From: Ostreococcus lucimarinus
Lineage: Eukaryota
DNA: 64,000 nt
Reading direction: 5' to 3' (one strand)
Assembly (NCBI GenBank): GCA_000092065.1
Contig: CP000593.1
The notes beneath the pieces were generated by a model. The model worked only from the letters and a program-made list of their open reading frames with translations. It ran no database searches and was not told where the DNA came from. Within the stretch, counting starts at the first letter, position 1, and each line of letters opens with the position of its first letter. Made by a program: the position numbers and the translations under genes. Positions 1 to 10,345 of the stretch are shown here, one piece after another.

Positions 1-1078
1 CCCACTTCTTTCGCAAATCGTCGTCGAGCGTGCGATACACGCCGTGATCAAGCAGCACAATGCCTCCCTTATCTGTAATCAAGATGTTCCCCGGGTGCGG
101 ATCAGCGTGCACGAATCCGTGCACAAAAGTCATTTGCGCGAATATTTTCTGTATTCTCGCCGCGACGTCGGCTAAATCGATCCCCTTGCCTTTGAGCGCC
201 TCGACGTCGTCTATTCTCACCCCGGGCACAAACTCCATCGTGAGCACTCGCTTACCGCTCAAATGTCTGTGCACGCGCGGTATCTTCAACTCACTCTCGT
301 CGAACTCATCCGCGAGCATCTTGCTCGCCTTGAGCGCGTTCGCTGCCTCGCGAGTAAAATCCATCTCCTCTCCCATGTGCCTTCGCGTCTCCTTTGCCAG
401 CCACCCAAATCGCAACGACGGCACGAGCCATTCCATGAGCGAGTAATACCCTTCTATCGTAAAAAGATCGCTCTCCAGGAACCTCGCCACCGGTCGCTGC
501 TGAATCTTCACCGCGACATCTTCCCCCCCGAACGTTTTCGCTCGATACACCTGCGCCAACGACGCCGACGCCACCGGCGTCTCGTCGAACTCCGCGAACG
601 CCTCTTCGATTTCCAACCCGGTTTCCTCCGCGAACGTCTTTCGATCCTCCTCAAACGGCCGTCGCGCCGCGTCGTCCATCAGCGCTCGCAGCACGATTTG
701 AAAAGGTTTCGGCGCGATCGGCTGCGCCGCCAGGTGTTGCCCAGCCTTGACGTATATCCCTCCCAGCGCCCGCGCGCACGCCAAAAATCGCTCGCTCACC
801 GCGCGCCACAAAATTTGTCTCGACGCCCGTCGCTCGTCCTCGCTCGCGCTCGCCCCGAGCGCGCGCACCCGCGCGCGGTGTTCGCGATAATCGATCGCGT
901 ACATCGGCACGAAGTGCGTCGACGCCACGGCGAAGCGCCGCGCGGACGTCACCGCGCGATCGACGTCGTCGACGAGGCGTCCCGGCGTCGGCGTCGACGT
1001 CGACGTCGCGACGTGCGCGAGCGCGGCGCCGCACGCGAGCGCGGGCGCGAGGGCGCGCAACGCCGGCGCGCGCGCCAT
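1..1078 (-). CDS. ABC1/UbiB-family atypical protein kinase (ADCK-like), N-terminal part; the gene continues past the window start
   Basis: Reverse-strand translation from the ATG at 1078..1076 gives MARAPALRALAPALACGAALAHV (presequence-like). It continues into IYVKAGQHLA, SASLAQVYRAKTFGGEDVAVKIQ and FVHADPHPGNILI, which are typical ABC1/aarF-domain kinase motifs. The frame stays open to position 1, so this ORF is absent from the track. Confidence 0.8.
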   Translation of the reverse strand, partial: MARAPALRALAPALACGAALAHVATSTSTPTPGRLVDDVDRAVTSARRFAVASTHFVPMYAIDYREHRARVRALGASASEDERRASRQILWRAVSERFLACARALGGIYVKAGQHLAAQPIAPKPFQIVLRALMDDAARRPFEEDRKTFAEETGLEIEEAFAEFDETPVASASLAQVYRAKTFGGEDVAVKIQQRPVARFLESDLFTIEGYYSLMEWLVPSLRFGWLAKETRRHMGEEMDFTREAANALKASKMLADEFDESELKIPRVHRHLSGKRVLTMEFVPGVRIDDVEALKGKGIDLADVAARIQKIFAQMTFVHGFVHADPHPGNILITDKGGIVLLDHGVYRTLDDDLRKKW

Positions 1079-1324
1079 GCCGAGCGCGCCGCGTCGCGTC
1101 CGCGCGCGCGAGTGCGGTCCGACGGGCGGACGAGGCGACGACCGTCACGTCGCGACGCGTCGCGCGGGATGCGAGGCCGCGCGCGCGCGGTCGCGGCGCG
1201 ATCGGCGCGTCTGATCGCGCGCGATGCGCGACGGCGCGCGGTCGTCTCGCGCGCGAGCGGTGATGGGCGCGAGGCGCTCGTGCCGCGCGCGCGCGAGGGA
1301 GCGACGGCGCTCGCGACGCTGAGC

Positions 1325-2224
1325 ATGGCGAGCTACTGGCGCTTCGGACAGCGCGGATACTTCGACGCGGACGCGCGAGAGGCGGAGTTAGACTTCGCGA
1401 CGCCGCTTGGATTCGAACCGCTGATAGGAGACGGGCGAGCGCTGCGGCGAGCGACGCTGGAGGCGTTTCCAAAGCTGAAGCGACTGTCGTGGAACGACGG
1501 CGGCGAGGCGACGACGCGCGCGGGGGTGTTCGCGACGAGCGATGAGGAGTGGGTGGTGGTGGTTTTCAGAGGTACGACGCCGAGCCCGCTGAGAGGGTTG
1601 ATTCGAGAGTCGCAGATCAACGGTAGGGCGGGGCAGGTGAAGATGAAGGAAGGACGCGCGCACGCGGGATACGCGCGGGCGTACGAGGCGTTACGAGACG
1701 AGATCGAGACGACGGTGCGCGATGAACTAGAGCGTGGACGCGGAAAGAAAGTCGTCGTCACGGGACACTCGTTGGGGGGGGCGCTGACGACGCTGTGCGC
1801 GGCGTCATTGGCGGAGGCGCACGCCGACGTCGAGGTGGAGGCTGTGACATTCGGACAACCGCGCGTGGGCGACAAAGCCTTCGCGCGTTACCTCGATCAA
1901 GGGTTGACAAATTTGAATTACGCCCGCATCGTGCACGGCGGCGATTTATTCGCTCGCGTGCCAACGAGCGGTTATTGGTTGCCGTCCGCAAATGACGGGA
2001 AATTTGCCGTCGAGTACGCGCACGCGGGTTCGATGCTCTGGACGAATTCAAACTCAGGCGGCGGTCACACGTACGTCGCCAAGGGCGAAGAAGAACCCGA
2101 AGAGTTTTCTCGCGACGTGCGCATGCTGAATCCAATCACGGTGGCGAACCATCACAGCGGGTACGCGCGTTTCTTCGAGGACTCGACCATCGCCGACGCG
2201 TGGCCGAAGGCTGGTCTACTCTGA
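1325..2224 (+). CDS. class 3 (fungal-type) lipase domain protein
   Basis: GHSLGGALTTLCAASLA is the lipase_3 nucleophile elbow (GHSLGG). VVVFRGTTPS and the downstream Asp/His region fit the alpha/beta hydrolase triad. The first in-frame ATG that does not overlap the upstream kinase gene is at 1325. The track ORF 263..2224 is an Arg-rich over-extension. Confidence 0.7.
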   Translation: MASYWRFGQRGYFDADAREAELDFATPLGFEPLIGDGRALRRATLEAFPKLKRLSWNDGGEATTRAGVFATSDEEWVVVVFRGTTPSPLRGLIRESQINGRAGQVKMKEGRAHAGYARAYEALRDEIETTVRDELERGRGKKVVVTGHSLGGALTTLCAASLAEAHADVEVEAVTFGQPRVGDKAFARYLDQGLTNLNYARIVHGGDLFARVPTSGYWLPSANDGKFAVEYAHAGSMLWTNSNSGGGHTYVAKGEEEPEEFSRDVRMLNPITVANHHSGYARFFEDSTIADAWPKAGLL

Positions 2225-2429
2225 GACGCGACATCTAGCGCGCTTGGAATCGCACAGTAGCGCATCGTTGTATTTCATTGTTGTATTTTATGAAATTTTA
2301 TGAATTGATCGCGCGATTCGCGCGCGCCTTCGCGCCGATCGTCCGCCCGCTCTTCGCCTTGCGCGCGCCTTCGCGTCTCGCGAGCGCGAGCTCGCTCGTT
2401 ATCCAAGCCTCACACACGCGCTCGACGCG

Positions 2430-3110
2430 ATGTCCGCGCGCTCTTTCGCGTCCACCGCGCGACCGCACGTCGCGGTGCGATCCAAAGCCCCGTCGCGCAC
2501 CGTCGCCGTTCGCCGCCTCGCCGCGATTCCGTGCACGGCGAGCGCGTCGTCGTCGTCCGAAGACGACGCGCGCCACGTCACCAAGCGTGGTCGTCGACCG
2601 CTCATCGTGCTCCCGCTCGCCGGCGCCGCGCTCGCGGCCTCCGCGCCGAGCGGCGACGCGAAGGCGAACGGTGAATTCGTCACCGACGCCCAGCTCGCCG
2701 TGCTCGAGCGACGGGGACCGATCGCGTTCACGGAGGATGAGTGGAAGAACAAGCTGGAACCGTTCTCGTACAAGGTGCTGCGGAAAGAGGCGACGGAGCG
2801 ACCGTTTTCGAGCGAGTTGAACTCGGAGAAACGAACTGGACGGTTCGTGTGCGCTGGGTGTGGAACGCCGCTGTTCGACTCGAAGGCGAAGTACGATTCG
2901 GGGACGGGTTGGCCGAGCTTTTACGAGCCGCTCGCGGGCGCGGTGATGGAGGTTCCGGATTACTCCATCATGTTCTTACCGCGCTCGGAGGTGCGATGCA
3001 CGGCGTGCCAAGGGCACCTTGGGCATGTGTTCGAAGATGGGCCGCCGCCAACGGGCTTGCGATACTGCATGAACGGTGCGGCGATGAAATTTGAGCCGGC
3101 GTCGGCGTAA
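2430..3110 (+). CDS. MSRB: peptide methionine sulfoxide reductase B (MsrB/SelR) with an N-terminal organellar presequence
   Basis: Two CxxC zinc knuckles, CAGCGTPLF and CTACQGHLGHVF. The catalytic motif is GLRYCMNGAAM. The N-terminus is Ser/Arg/Ala-rich and presequence-like. Confidence 0.85.
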   Translation: MSARSFASTARPHVAVRSKAPSRTVAVRRLAAIPCTASASSSSEDDARHVTKRGRRPLIVLPLAGAALAASAPSGDAKANGEFVTDAQLAVLERRGPIAFTEDEWKNKLEPFSYKVLRKEATERPFSSELNSEKRTGRFVCAGCGTPLFDSKAKYDSGTGWPSFYEPLAGAVMEVPDYSIMFLPRSEVRCTACQGHLGHVFEDGPPPTGLRYCMNGAAMKFEPASA

Positions 3111-3128
3111 AAAATATTGCACGATATG

Positions 3129-5726
3129 CTAGAAATTTGTAGTGTCGGAAACCGCACAGTTTTGTTCGTCGATCCACTTAAACCAACTTCGCCACATCTC
3201 ATTGTTTGACAAAGTTTTGCGATTTCCGAGGACGATCAATCCACGTTTCGCTCGCGTGATTCCCACGTTGAGCCGGCGCGGGTCGGCGACGAAGCCGATG
3301 TCTCCAGACGGGTTGCTTCGCACGGTGCACAAAACGATCACTTCCTTTTCTCTGCCTTGGAATCCATCAACGGAACGTATTTCGAGCTCCTCTATTTTAT
3401 CCTCTTCGGTGTAGTCCAAGTAATTTCGTTTCGGACTTCCTCCTACGCCGTATTCTTCTTGCAACCGTCGAACTTGCGCGGCGTACGGCGAGATGACGCC
3501 GATGTCCCCGGGTCCCGCTAAATCGCCCGCCGCGAGAAGTTTTCTCACCACACCGATGGCCATCTTCGCTTCTCCGACGTTATACAGACTGTTTCCATCG
3601 GGTGCTCGCGATTCAGGGGCGGAGATTTCTACGAAGGCTACTGGAACGTTCGGCGACGGCCAAGCGATACCCGGCACCAACGGACGATCTTGCGGCGTCG
3701 GTACCGATCCTACTTTCCCTTTGTAAAACGCCAGAGACGGAAATTCGGCGATTTGCGGATGCATGCGGTACTGCATGTCTAGCAAAGACACCTTCACCCC
3801 GAGCCTCTCCATGCGCTCAAAGATTGAAACTTGTAAGCCAGCGTCGACGGCGTCACGAGACACCACCGTGGGAGGCAATTGCTTGGAATCACCCACGAGC
3901 ACGGCGCTCAAGGCTTTCGTGAGAGAGATTAACGCTCCTGGTTCGGTGCATTGTGTCGCCTCATCCACGACAGCCACTGGGAACGTGAAGTCCTCCAGTA
4001 ACTCGTCGCCTGCGCCGACGCATGTGGTGCACACGACATCCACAGACTTTAATATGCTCTTCGCAGCCGTCAGTTCCAACTGCGTCGCTTGCTTGCGCTG
4101 GCGAGCAAACGCTGGACCAGATTGTCCTCGGATAGCTTCACGCATGGCCGCCGCTTGACGCCCGAGAGGGTGCAACGCGATTTGAGCATCCAGCGTGAGT
4201 TGCTGAAGCCAAGGTTGCACCTTTGCGGGCGCTCCCACGCGCACGACTCGCAGCGGTCGTCCATCGACGATGAAAGATTCTTTTGCCAGTCCTTCGAGGA
4301 TATTATCCACGGCTACGTTCGACGCAGCGGAAGCGAGAACGATCGGACCCCTTCCTCGCCTCTTTTGGATGGACGCCAGGTGTACGGCAGCACCGATGTA
4401 CGCTATGAGCGTGCGAGTCTTACCCGTACCGGGCGGACCTTGCCAAACCGCGAGCGAAGAGCTTAGCGCGCTTTTCACGGCGACGCGCTGGCTTGGGTTC
4501 AACGGCTCTCGCACTTCCTTCAACGCCATCGCGAGTTGCGGCTTTTGCGCCTTGCCCGCCCAATGCGGCGGCGTCGCCGCCAATTCCTCCAGCGTTCCGT
4601 TTTCATCGGGCACGCCGAGCAAGGCGCGCTGCAAAGTTGCGTACGCCGTGGAAGAACTGTTCTTATCGCTCGCGCGCGTGGACATGGAAGACGCGCCGGA
4701 CATGCCTCCCGGTTCAGAAAATGCGACGAGCGCCGCGAGCGAGCGATCGTGGGCCACCGTGTTCGCGCTCAAATCCACCCTCCATCTCGAGCCTTCGGAC
4801 ACGAGTCGAGAGAGATCATCCTCGTGAATGGCGACGGTGATGAAAAACATCGACCTCAGCGCGACGACGCCCGTGATTCCACCCGCGGCTTCGTGGTCGT
4901 CGCCTTCGCTGAGCTGTACCATGTCTCCAGTCGTGAAGCGATGATACGGCAACTCTTGTCCGAGCGGATTCGCCTCGCTCGCGTCCTTGTAAGGAATCGT
5001 CAAACGCACGAGCGAATCTCGCTGAAGCGTTCCTTCGTACTTCGCGCGCACGCCTAAAATCGCGTATCCCTCCGCGACGAGCCGCTCTCGCGGCCACGTG
5101 TTCAATCGCTCCTCCGCGAGCGCCATCTCTTCCTCGAGCTCGCACTTCAAACCTTTCGCAAACCTCTCCCTGTGCGCGGCGTACCCCAATCGCAGCGCCG
5201 CTCGATTACTCCCTCTCGATCTCGACGACGACGACGCGGACGAAGACGCGTTCCTCGCGTCTCCGTCGAGCAAGTGCGCGTACCGCGCGCCCCCGCTCTC
5301 GCCGCCCGTCGCCCCCAACCGCGCCCACATCTTTTCCCGTTCCTCCGCCGCCTTCCTCGGATCTCTCGCCCCCGCCTTACTGTACCCGATCGTCTTCTCC
5401 GCCCTCTCCGGCGTCGCCGTCAAGTCCCTCACCCTCGTCCGTCGCCGCGCCGGCGCCGCGCGCGTCCCCTCTCCTCCCCTCGTCGTCGCGTCGCCGCGTC
5501 CCGTTCCCTCCACCTTTCGTCGCGCGCGCGCCGCCCGACGTCGCTCGCCCCTCGCGCTCGCGCTCTCCGTCCTCGTCGCCTCCGTCCCGTCGTCGCCATC
5601 GCGCGCGTCGTCGCCCGTCCGTCGTCGTCGTCCCGTCGCCGCGACGCGACCGCCCCGTCCCTTCCCGCGCGCCGTCGTCGTCGCGACGCCGCGACGCGCG
5701 CCATCGCGCGACGCCGCGACGCGCAT
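3129..5726 (-). CDS. Upf1-like superfamily-1 helicase (AAA_11/AAA_12 type). The Arg/Gly-rich N-terminus of the ORF is probably over-extended
   Basis: Walker A VWQGPPGTGKTRT and motif II VVDEATQCTEP. The C-terminal AAA_12 signatures are GFQGREKEVIVLCTVRSN and VGITRAKRGLIVLGN. Confidence 0.7.
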   Translation of the reverse strand: MRVAASRDGARRGVATTTARGKGRGGRVAATGRRRRTGDDARDGDDGTEATRTESASARGERRRAARARRKVEGTGRGDATTRGGEGTRAAPARRRTRVRDLTATPERAEKTIGYSKAGARDPRKAAEEREKMWARLGATGGESGGARYAHLLDGDARNASSSASSSSRSRGSNRAALRLGYAAHRERFAKGLKCELEEEMALAEERLNTWPRERLVAEGYAILGVRAKYEGTLQRDSLVRLTIPYKDASEANPLGQELPYHRFTTGDMVQLSEGDDHEAAGGITGVVALRSMFFITVAIHEDDLSRLVSEGSRWRVDLSANTVAHDRSLAALVAFSEPGGMSGASSMSTRASDKNSSSTAYATLQRALLGVPDENGTLEELAATPPHWAGKAQKPQLAMALKEVREPLNPSQRVAVKSALSSSLAVWQGPPGTGKTRTLIAYIGAAVHLASIQKRRGRGPIVLASAASNVAVDNILEGLAKESFIVDGRPLRVVRVGAPAKVQPWLQQLTLDAQIALHPLGRQAAAMREAIRGQSGPAFARQRKQATQLELTAAKSILKSVDVVCTTCVGAGDELLEDFTFPVAVVDEATQCTEPGALISLTKALSAVLVGDSKQLPPTVVSRDAVDAGLQVSIFERMERLGVKVSLLDMQYRMHPQIAEFPSLAFYKGKVGSVPTPQDRPLVPGIAWPSPNVPVAFVEISAPESRAPDGNSLYNVGEAKMAIGVVRKLLAAGDLAGPGDIGVISPYAAQVRRLQEEYGVGGSPKRNYLDYTEEDKIEELEIRSVDGFQGREKEVIVLCTVRSNPSGDIGFVADPRRLNVGITRAKRGLIVLGNRKTLSNNEMWRSWFKWIDEQNCAVSDTTNF

Positions 5727-6307
5727 GTCGGCTTGTTCGCTTCGTTCGCGCGTCGCGTCGCGCGCTCGCGCCGACGCGTCTCGCCGCGCGCGTCGACGCG
5801 CCGAGCTGTCGCCGGCGGATTCGAATCGGATTTGAATCCGTGTTGTGAACGAGTCTCGAATGCGTGACGGTCCGTGTGTGAGAACACCGACACGAAACCG
5901 AACCGACGGCGACCCGCGCGACGGCGACGGAGCGCGACGCGCGAGCGACGGCGACGGCGCGACGCGCGATGATGCTGACCGCGACGACGACGACGACGAC
6001 GACGACGGTGCGGTGCGCGCGCGCGAGACGGACGCCGACGACGACGGGCGCGGGACGGGGACGCGCGCGGTTGACCTCGCGCGCGCGCGCGACGGGACGC
6101 GCGACGCGCGCGCTGGGACGCGAAACGACGCGCGAGCGCGCGAGCGGGACGCGGGATGGACGCGACGCGGCGCGGAGAGGCGCGAACGGGCGCGCGAGGG
6201 CGACGAGGGATGGGATGGAGGGCGACGCGCGCGAGGACGACGCGCGCGAGGGTCTCGCGCGCGAGGACGCGCGGGAAAAACGCGGTCGGGCGCTCGGGGC
6301 GTGCGCG

Positions 6308-7066
6308 ATGGTGGCGTGCGCGGTGGCGGTGACGGCGATGGTGATGCCGGAGAGCGCGCTCGCGGCGAAAGCGGCGGCGGTGGCGTCGTCGAGCGAGGGC
6401 TTGTTGGCCAAGGCGTTGTCGTGGGTGATGCACTTGGACAAACACCTCGCCGAGTTGTTCGTGAGTCAGGGGATGTTTGCGTACGGGATCTTGTTCGCGA
6501 TCATCTTCGCCGAGACTGGGTTCGTGGTGACGCCGTTCTTGCCGGGGGACTCTCTGCTGTTCGCCACCGGCGCGCTCGGCGCGCTGGGCGTGGTGAACTT
6601 TCCGTTGACGTGCGCTCTGCTCTTCGCCGCGGCGACGCTCGGGGACACGGTGAACTACTCCATCGGCTCTTACGTCGGTGCGAATTTCATGGAGACGCAT
6701 CCGAAAATCTTTCCTCCTGAATATATCGCGAAAACACGAAAGTTTTACGATCAGTACGGTGGTAAGACGGTGGTCCTCGCGCGCTTCTTCGTAATCGTGC
6801 GCACGTTTGCGCCGTTCGTCGCCGGCGTGGCAAACATGAACTATTCCAAGTTCATCACGTACAACGTTGTGGGTGCCGCGTTATGGATCGCGAGTTTCAT
6901 GGGACTGGGTTACTTTTTCGGCGCCATTCCCGCGGTGCAGGAGAACTTTGCCCTCGCCGTTGCCGGCATCGTCGTTCTCTCGCTCGTGCCCGTCATCGTA
7001 GAAATTATTCAACACGCCACGGGCAGTAAAGGGGACGAGAGCGAGACCGCCCCGGCCGCGACGTAA
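6308..7066 (+). CDS. DedA/TVP38/SNARE-associated family membrane protein
   Basis: DedA core FAIIFAETGFVVTPFLPGDSLLFATGAL, with several hydrophobic helices. The track ORF starts at 5969 but runs through a poly-Thr/Arg low-complexity stretch, so a start at ATG 6308 is more plausible. Confidence 0.7.
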   Translation: MVACAVAVTAMVMPESALAAKAAAVASSSEGLLAKALSWVMHLDKHLAELFVSQGMFAYGILFAIIFAETGFVVTPFLPGDSLLFATGALGALGVVNFPLTCALLFAAATLGDTVNYSIGSYVGANFMETHPKIFPPEYIAKTRKFYDQYGGKTVVLARFFVIVRTFAPFVAGVANMNYSKFITYNVVGAALWIASFMGLGYFFGAIPAVQENFALAVAGIVVLSLVPVIVEIIQHATGSKGDESETAPAAT

Positions 7067-7160
7067 ATCTCTTACAACATTCGTTCAATTTCGTGCGTTG
7101 CTTTTCAATATCCATTTTTCAATAGTTTTCGCTCGGCGCCGCACAACGCCGCTCTCGACG

Positions 7161-7877
7161 ATGGCGTCTCTCGCGCGCGTAACCCCTCTCCTCCCATCGC
7201 TCTCGCGAGCGCACGCCCGTCGACGCGCGTCGACGATTAGAGCATCCTCGAGCGGCCCGAACGAAGGGCAGAGTGGGTACCTTCCCGGAACGATGGCGTC
7301 GGCGGAAGAGATTCTCATGCAAGTCATCGACCGAAGAGAGTTCAAGCCCACGAGCGAAGAGTGCCCGTTCTGTCGCGAAGCGCGCGTGAAAGAGAACGGG
7401 TCGAAGTGCTTGGGGATCTGTCGAAACCCGCAAAACGTGCCGGGGCCTCTGGTGTACCCGCACGCGATGCAAACGTGGGAAGACGCGGTTGATTGTATAT
7501 TGTGGGCGATGAGAGACATATCGACGCCGCGAACCGACCACGGCGTTCAAGTGATGTGGGAGTACGCCGTGGAGCACGGAAATATGGAACGCTCGCGATT
7601 CTTTGGGTTTTCGAGTGATATGTATCACTTTGACCATTTCATCGGCAAGGCTTTGAACACTTACGACGCCTTCGTGAGGAACACTGGGCACGAAATCACG
7701 CAAGTGTCGACTATGGAAGACGGCCGAACAAGAGTTGATGTTCGAGTGAAGGATAGGGTAGGAGAGGAGACCGAATGGATTTTCATCATGGTGCGTAGGA
7801 CGTTTGGGAAATACGAGGGCTGCATCCAGGCTCATCGGATCGTGCGCGCGGATTTTCCGCACCTCGGCGATATTTAG
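7161..7877 (+). CDS. hypothetical protein with a predicted chloroplast-type transit peptide (MASLARVTPLLPSLSRAHARRRAS...)
   Basis: Normal amino-acid composition over about 240 aa, against an Arg/His-rich antisense ORF. No motif was recognised. The track ORF starts at 7098. Confidence 0.4.
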   Translation: MASLARVTPLLPSLSRAHARRRASTIRASSSGPNEGQSGYLPGTMASAEEILMQVIDRREFKPTSEECPFCREARVKENGSKCLGICRNPQNVPGPLVYPHAMQTWEDAVDCILWAMRDISTPRTDHGVQVMWEYAVEHGNMERSRFFGFSSDMYHFDHFIGKALNTYDAFVRNTGHEITQVSTMEDGRTRVDVRVKDRVGEETEWIFIMVRRTFGKYEGCIQAHRIVRADFPHLGDI

Positions 7878-7898
7878 GCCTTGTCATATCATAATCCT

Positions 7899-8954
7899 CT
7901 AGACATTCTCTACTTCGCGCGGCATCTCGCTCATTTCCTCGCTTCTATCTAAATCTACTTCCCTAAAGGCTCCTGGATCGCGATGCGTCGGCTGGAACGA
8001 TTTGCTTATCGCGGTGAGAAGAGGCGTGCCTTTCGGCGCGTACGTCCAACCGCTCTTCCACGCCAACAAGCACAAAATCCCAAGCGAAAACACCTGCACG
8101 AACTGATAAAACGTCGGCACGCCGCTCGCGACGCCGACGACGTTACACGCCGATCCTGCGCTCGATGCGCACGACGGATCGTCCTCAAATGAGCTTAAAA
8201 TCACCGCCAACGAGATGGCGGTGTTCTGATAGCACACCTCGATGGCCACCGCCAGGGCTTGAGGCATATCCAACCGAGTCAATTTGGCGAATCCCAAACT
8301 AACCACTAATCCAGCGACGCAGGGCACGATGAGGGCGACGTAGAACTTCCATTCGCGATCCCAAATCGGCGCCGAAGAATTTGACGAAAAGAAGAACCCC
8401 AAGAGCACAAGCAAGACGCCGCACACGTTGCCCACAAAGTTGAGAGGCGCGCGCGCTTTCGGCGCTCGCCGACCGACAAACAACCCCAACACGATCCCGC
8501 TAATCACCATCGAGATCGACAGAAACAGTCCCCCCCATTTCATCCGCACATTCGTTCCGTTAGGATACGCTCCCTCGGTGTACATGTACAGATTCAGCGG
8601 TAAAAATCCCACCGATAAAATCGAACTCACCGTCGTCATCGCCACGCTCAGCGACAGGTCCGCGTTGAACAGTGACGTCCACCAATTACTGTACGAACCC
8701 CCAGGCGAGCTCGTGGTGATAATGAGCGGTATTCCCAGCGCCGGTTGATCCCACAGCAGCGTCCGCGCCATCGTAAACCCAAACAGCGGTAAGAAGACGA
8801 ACTGCGAAAACACGCCTATGACCAAACCTCGGCTCCTCAACGACTTTTTAAACGCCTCGAATTCCACCGTCACCGCTAATCCGAGCACCAGCGCGAATAA
8901 CAGCACGTTACCCACGATCGCGGCCCACGACCCGAGCCCACCGCTCACCGCCAT
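7899..8954 (-). CDS. bile acid:sodium symporter (BASS/SBF) family transporter
   Basis: The SBF signature ITTSSPGGSYSNWWTSLFNADLSLSV sits within a protein of about 9-10 transmembrane helices. Confidence 0.75.
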   Translation of the reverse strand: MAVSGGLGSWAAIVGNVLLFALVLGLAVTVEFEAFKKSLRSRGLVIGVFSQFVFLPLFGFTMARTLLWDQPALGIPLIITTSSPGGSYSNWWTSLFNADLSLSVAMTTVSSILSVGFLPLNLYMYTEGAYPNGTNVRMKWGGLFLSISMVISGIVLGLFVGRRAPKARAPLNFVGNVCGVLLVLLGFFFSSNSSAPIWDREWKFYVALIVPCVAGLVVSLGFAKLTRLDMPQALAVAIEVCYQNTAISLAVILSSFEDDPSCASSAGSACNVVGVASGVPTFYQFVQVFSLGILCLLAWKSGWTYAPKGTPLLTAISKSFQPTHRDPGAFREVDLDRSEEMSEMPREVENV

Positions 8955-9102
8955 GACGTCTCGAACGTTCGATCAAACGCGCAGTCAATCGGCCGGAGAC
9001 GACGCTCGCATCTCCGCTCGAGGTCTTCGCCCGCGTCGCGTCGACGCGCGCGCGTTTTCGTCGATCGATCCGCCGTCCGACGAAAGATACAGCGCGCGCG
9101 CG

Positions 9103-9141
9103 TCGCTCGCGTCGCTCGCGTCGCTCGCGTCGCTCGCGCGC
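9103..9141. repeat. tandem 9-bp repeat (tcgctcgcg) x4-5 in a GC-rich spacer
   Basis: gcgtcgctcgcgtcgctcgcgtcgctcgcgtcgctcgcg, read directly from the sequence. Confidence 0.8.
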
Positions 9142-9293
9142 GCGACTGTGACCGGATAAACAGCGCGCGGCGACCGGACGCTTTTGCGGTCGGTCGCCGC
9201 GCGCGGACGTTGGCGCCACGCGAATGTTGATTTTGCGACACCGCGAGGCGGCGACGACGCGGCGTCAGATCGCGCGCGCGACCGACGCCGACG

Positions 9294-10169
9294 ATGGCGC
9301 GCGATCCGCGCGGGTTAGATCTGTTACTGCGCGCCGCGCGCACGGCGACGGAGGCGCGAGCGAGGGATAGGGATGAGACGGTGAAGAAGAGCACGACGGT
9401 TCGATTTCAAACCGCCGACGCGACGGGACGAGTCGAGGCGAAGACGAGACGACAGGGCAAAGCGCGAGCCGATGGGGCGATGCGGGACAGGACGAACGAT
9501 TTTGAACGAGGCGGGACGGCGGGTAAAGGGAAGAGAGGACGCGGGCGAGCGACGATGACGATGAAGGCGAAGGCGAACGCGCCGCCGCCAGACGTCGACG
9601 ACTCGGCCGAGGCGACGACGGTGCGCGAGGAAACGTTAGCGATCGGGGCGGAGACGTTGGCGAGGGAACACGCCGATGTGGTGATTGAACGTGTGCGGCA
9701 GTGGTTAGATGTGATGATGAGCGATGCGCGCGGGCGGTTAACGGCGCTCGAACGGAGCCAAACGAGGACGCATCGCGCGCTGGAAAAATACGACTCAGAG
9801 GAAGCACAGGACGACGTCGGGATCGAGATGCTGGTCGAGTTCGATAAGACATTGGAAATCGAGCGCAGCATCCTGGAGGAGACGATGAAGAATTTGGAGG
9901 CGATGCGCACGAAGGTTGAGTTTGAGAGCGCGAATTTGGCACTTCGGTGGTTACGCCGCTCAAATTGTGGAGGCGATGACGACGGCCAGGCGAGCGAGGA
10001 AGATCAAGCGACGGATGGACGCAAGTATTTTTATTCCTCGAGTGCGTACGCATTTCTTCAAACCGCCATCGGTGCGTTCATGAACGACACCACGCCCGCA
10101 AAGTCGGCAAAGAGCGCCGATGCGCACTCGCCGAGCGGCGTTCTAGACGCCGCGCGACTCTTTACGTGA
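9294..10169 (+). CDS. hypothetical coiled-coil protein (start uncertain)
   Basis: The C-terminal 170 aa have ordinary composition with heptad-like content (LTALERSQTRTHRALEKYDSEE...LEIERSILEETMKNLEAMRTKVEFE). The N-terminus is low-complexity. Confidence 0.3.
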   Translation: MARDPRGLDLLLRAARTATEARARDRDETVKKSTTVRFQTADATGRVEAKTRRQGKARADGAMRDRTNDFERGGTAGKGKRGRGRATMTMKAKANAPPPDVDDSAEATTVREETLAIGAETLAREHADVVIERVRQWLDVMMSDARGRLTALERSQTRTHRALEKYDSEEAQDDVGIEMLVEFDKTLEIERSILEETMKNLEAMRTKVEFESANLALRWLRRSNCGGDDDGQASEEDQATDGRKYFYSSSAYAFLQTAIGAFMNDTTPAKSAKSADAHSPSGVLDAARLFT

Positions 10170-10345
10170 TCCCACTCGCACTAGGCCGCACTAGGCGCTG
10201 AAAAACGTAGTACGAATTGAATGCCGATCTTAGCCGCGCGCGTAGCATTTTTAATCGGTAACCACGCCGTCGACAGATTGACGCCAAACCCTGGCGCGCG
10301 TACGAGTGCGCGCGCGCCTGCGTTCGTCCCCAGAAGCCGCCCGTC

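Noticed and set aside
263-1324. N-terminal 350 codons of track ORF 263..2224 (+), which is Arg-rich
   Set aside because: This stretch is low-complexity and lies antisense to a well-supported ABC1 kinase gene. The lipase domain begins at the ATG at 1325.
2950-3060. Possible selenocysteine (TGA) in MsrB, as in some algal SelR proteins
   Set aside because: The catalytic residue in GLRYCMNGAAM is encoded by TGC (Cys). There is no in-frame TGA.
5172-6720. Long Arg/Asp/Gly-rich ORFs on both strands: 5172..5867+, 5377..6441-, 5429..6700- and 5845..6720+
   Set aside because: They are compositional artefacts of a CpG-rich spacer. They overlap each other in several frames and have no domain content.
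7119-7862. A 247-aa ORF fully antisense to 7098..7877
   Set aside because: It is Arg/His-rich with no motifs, whereas the sense-strand protein has ordinary composition.
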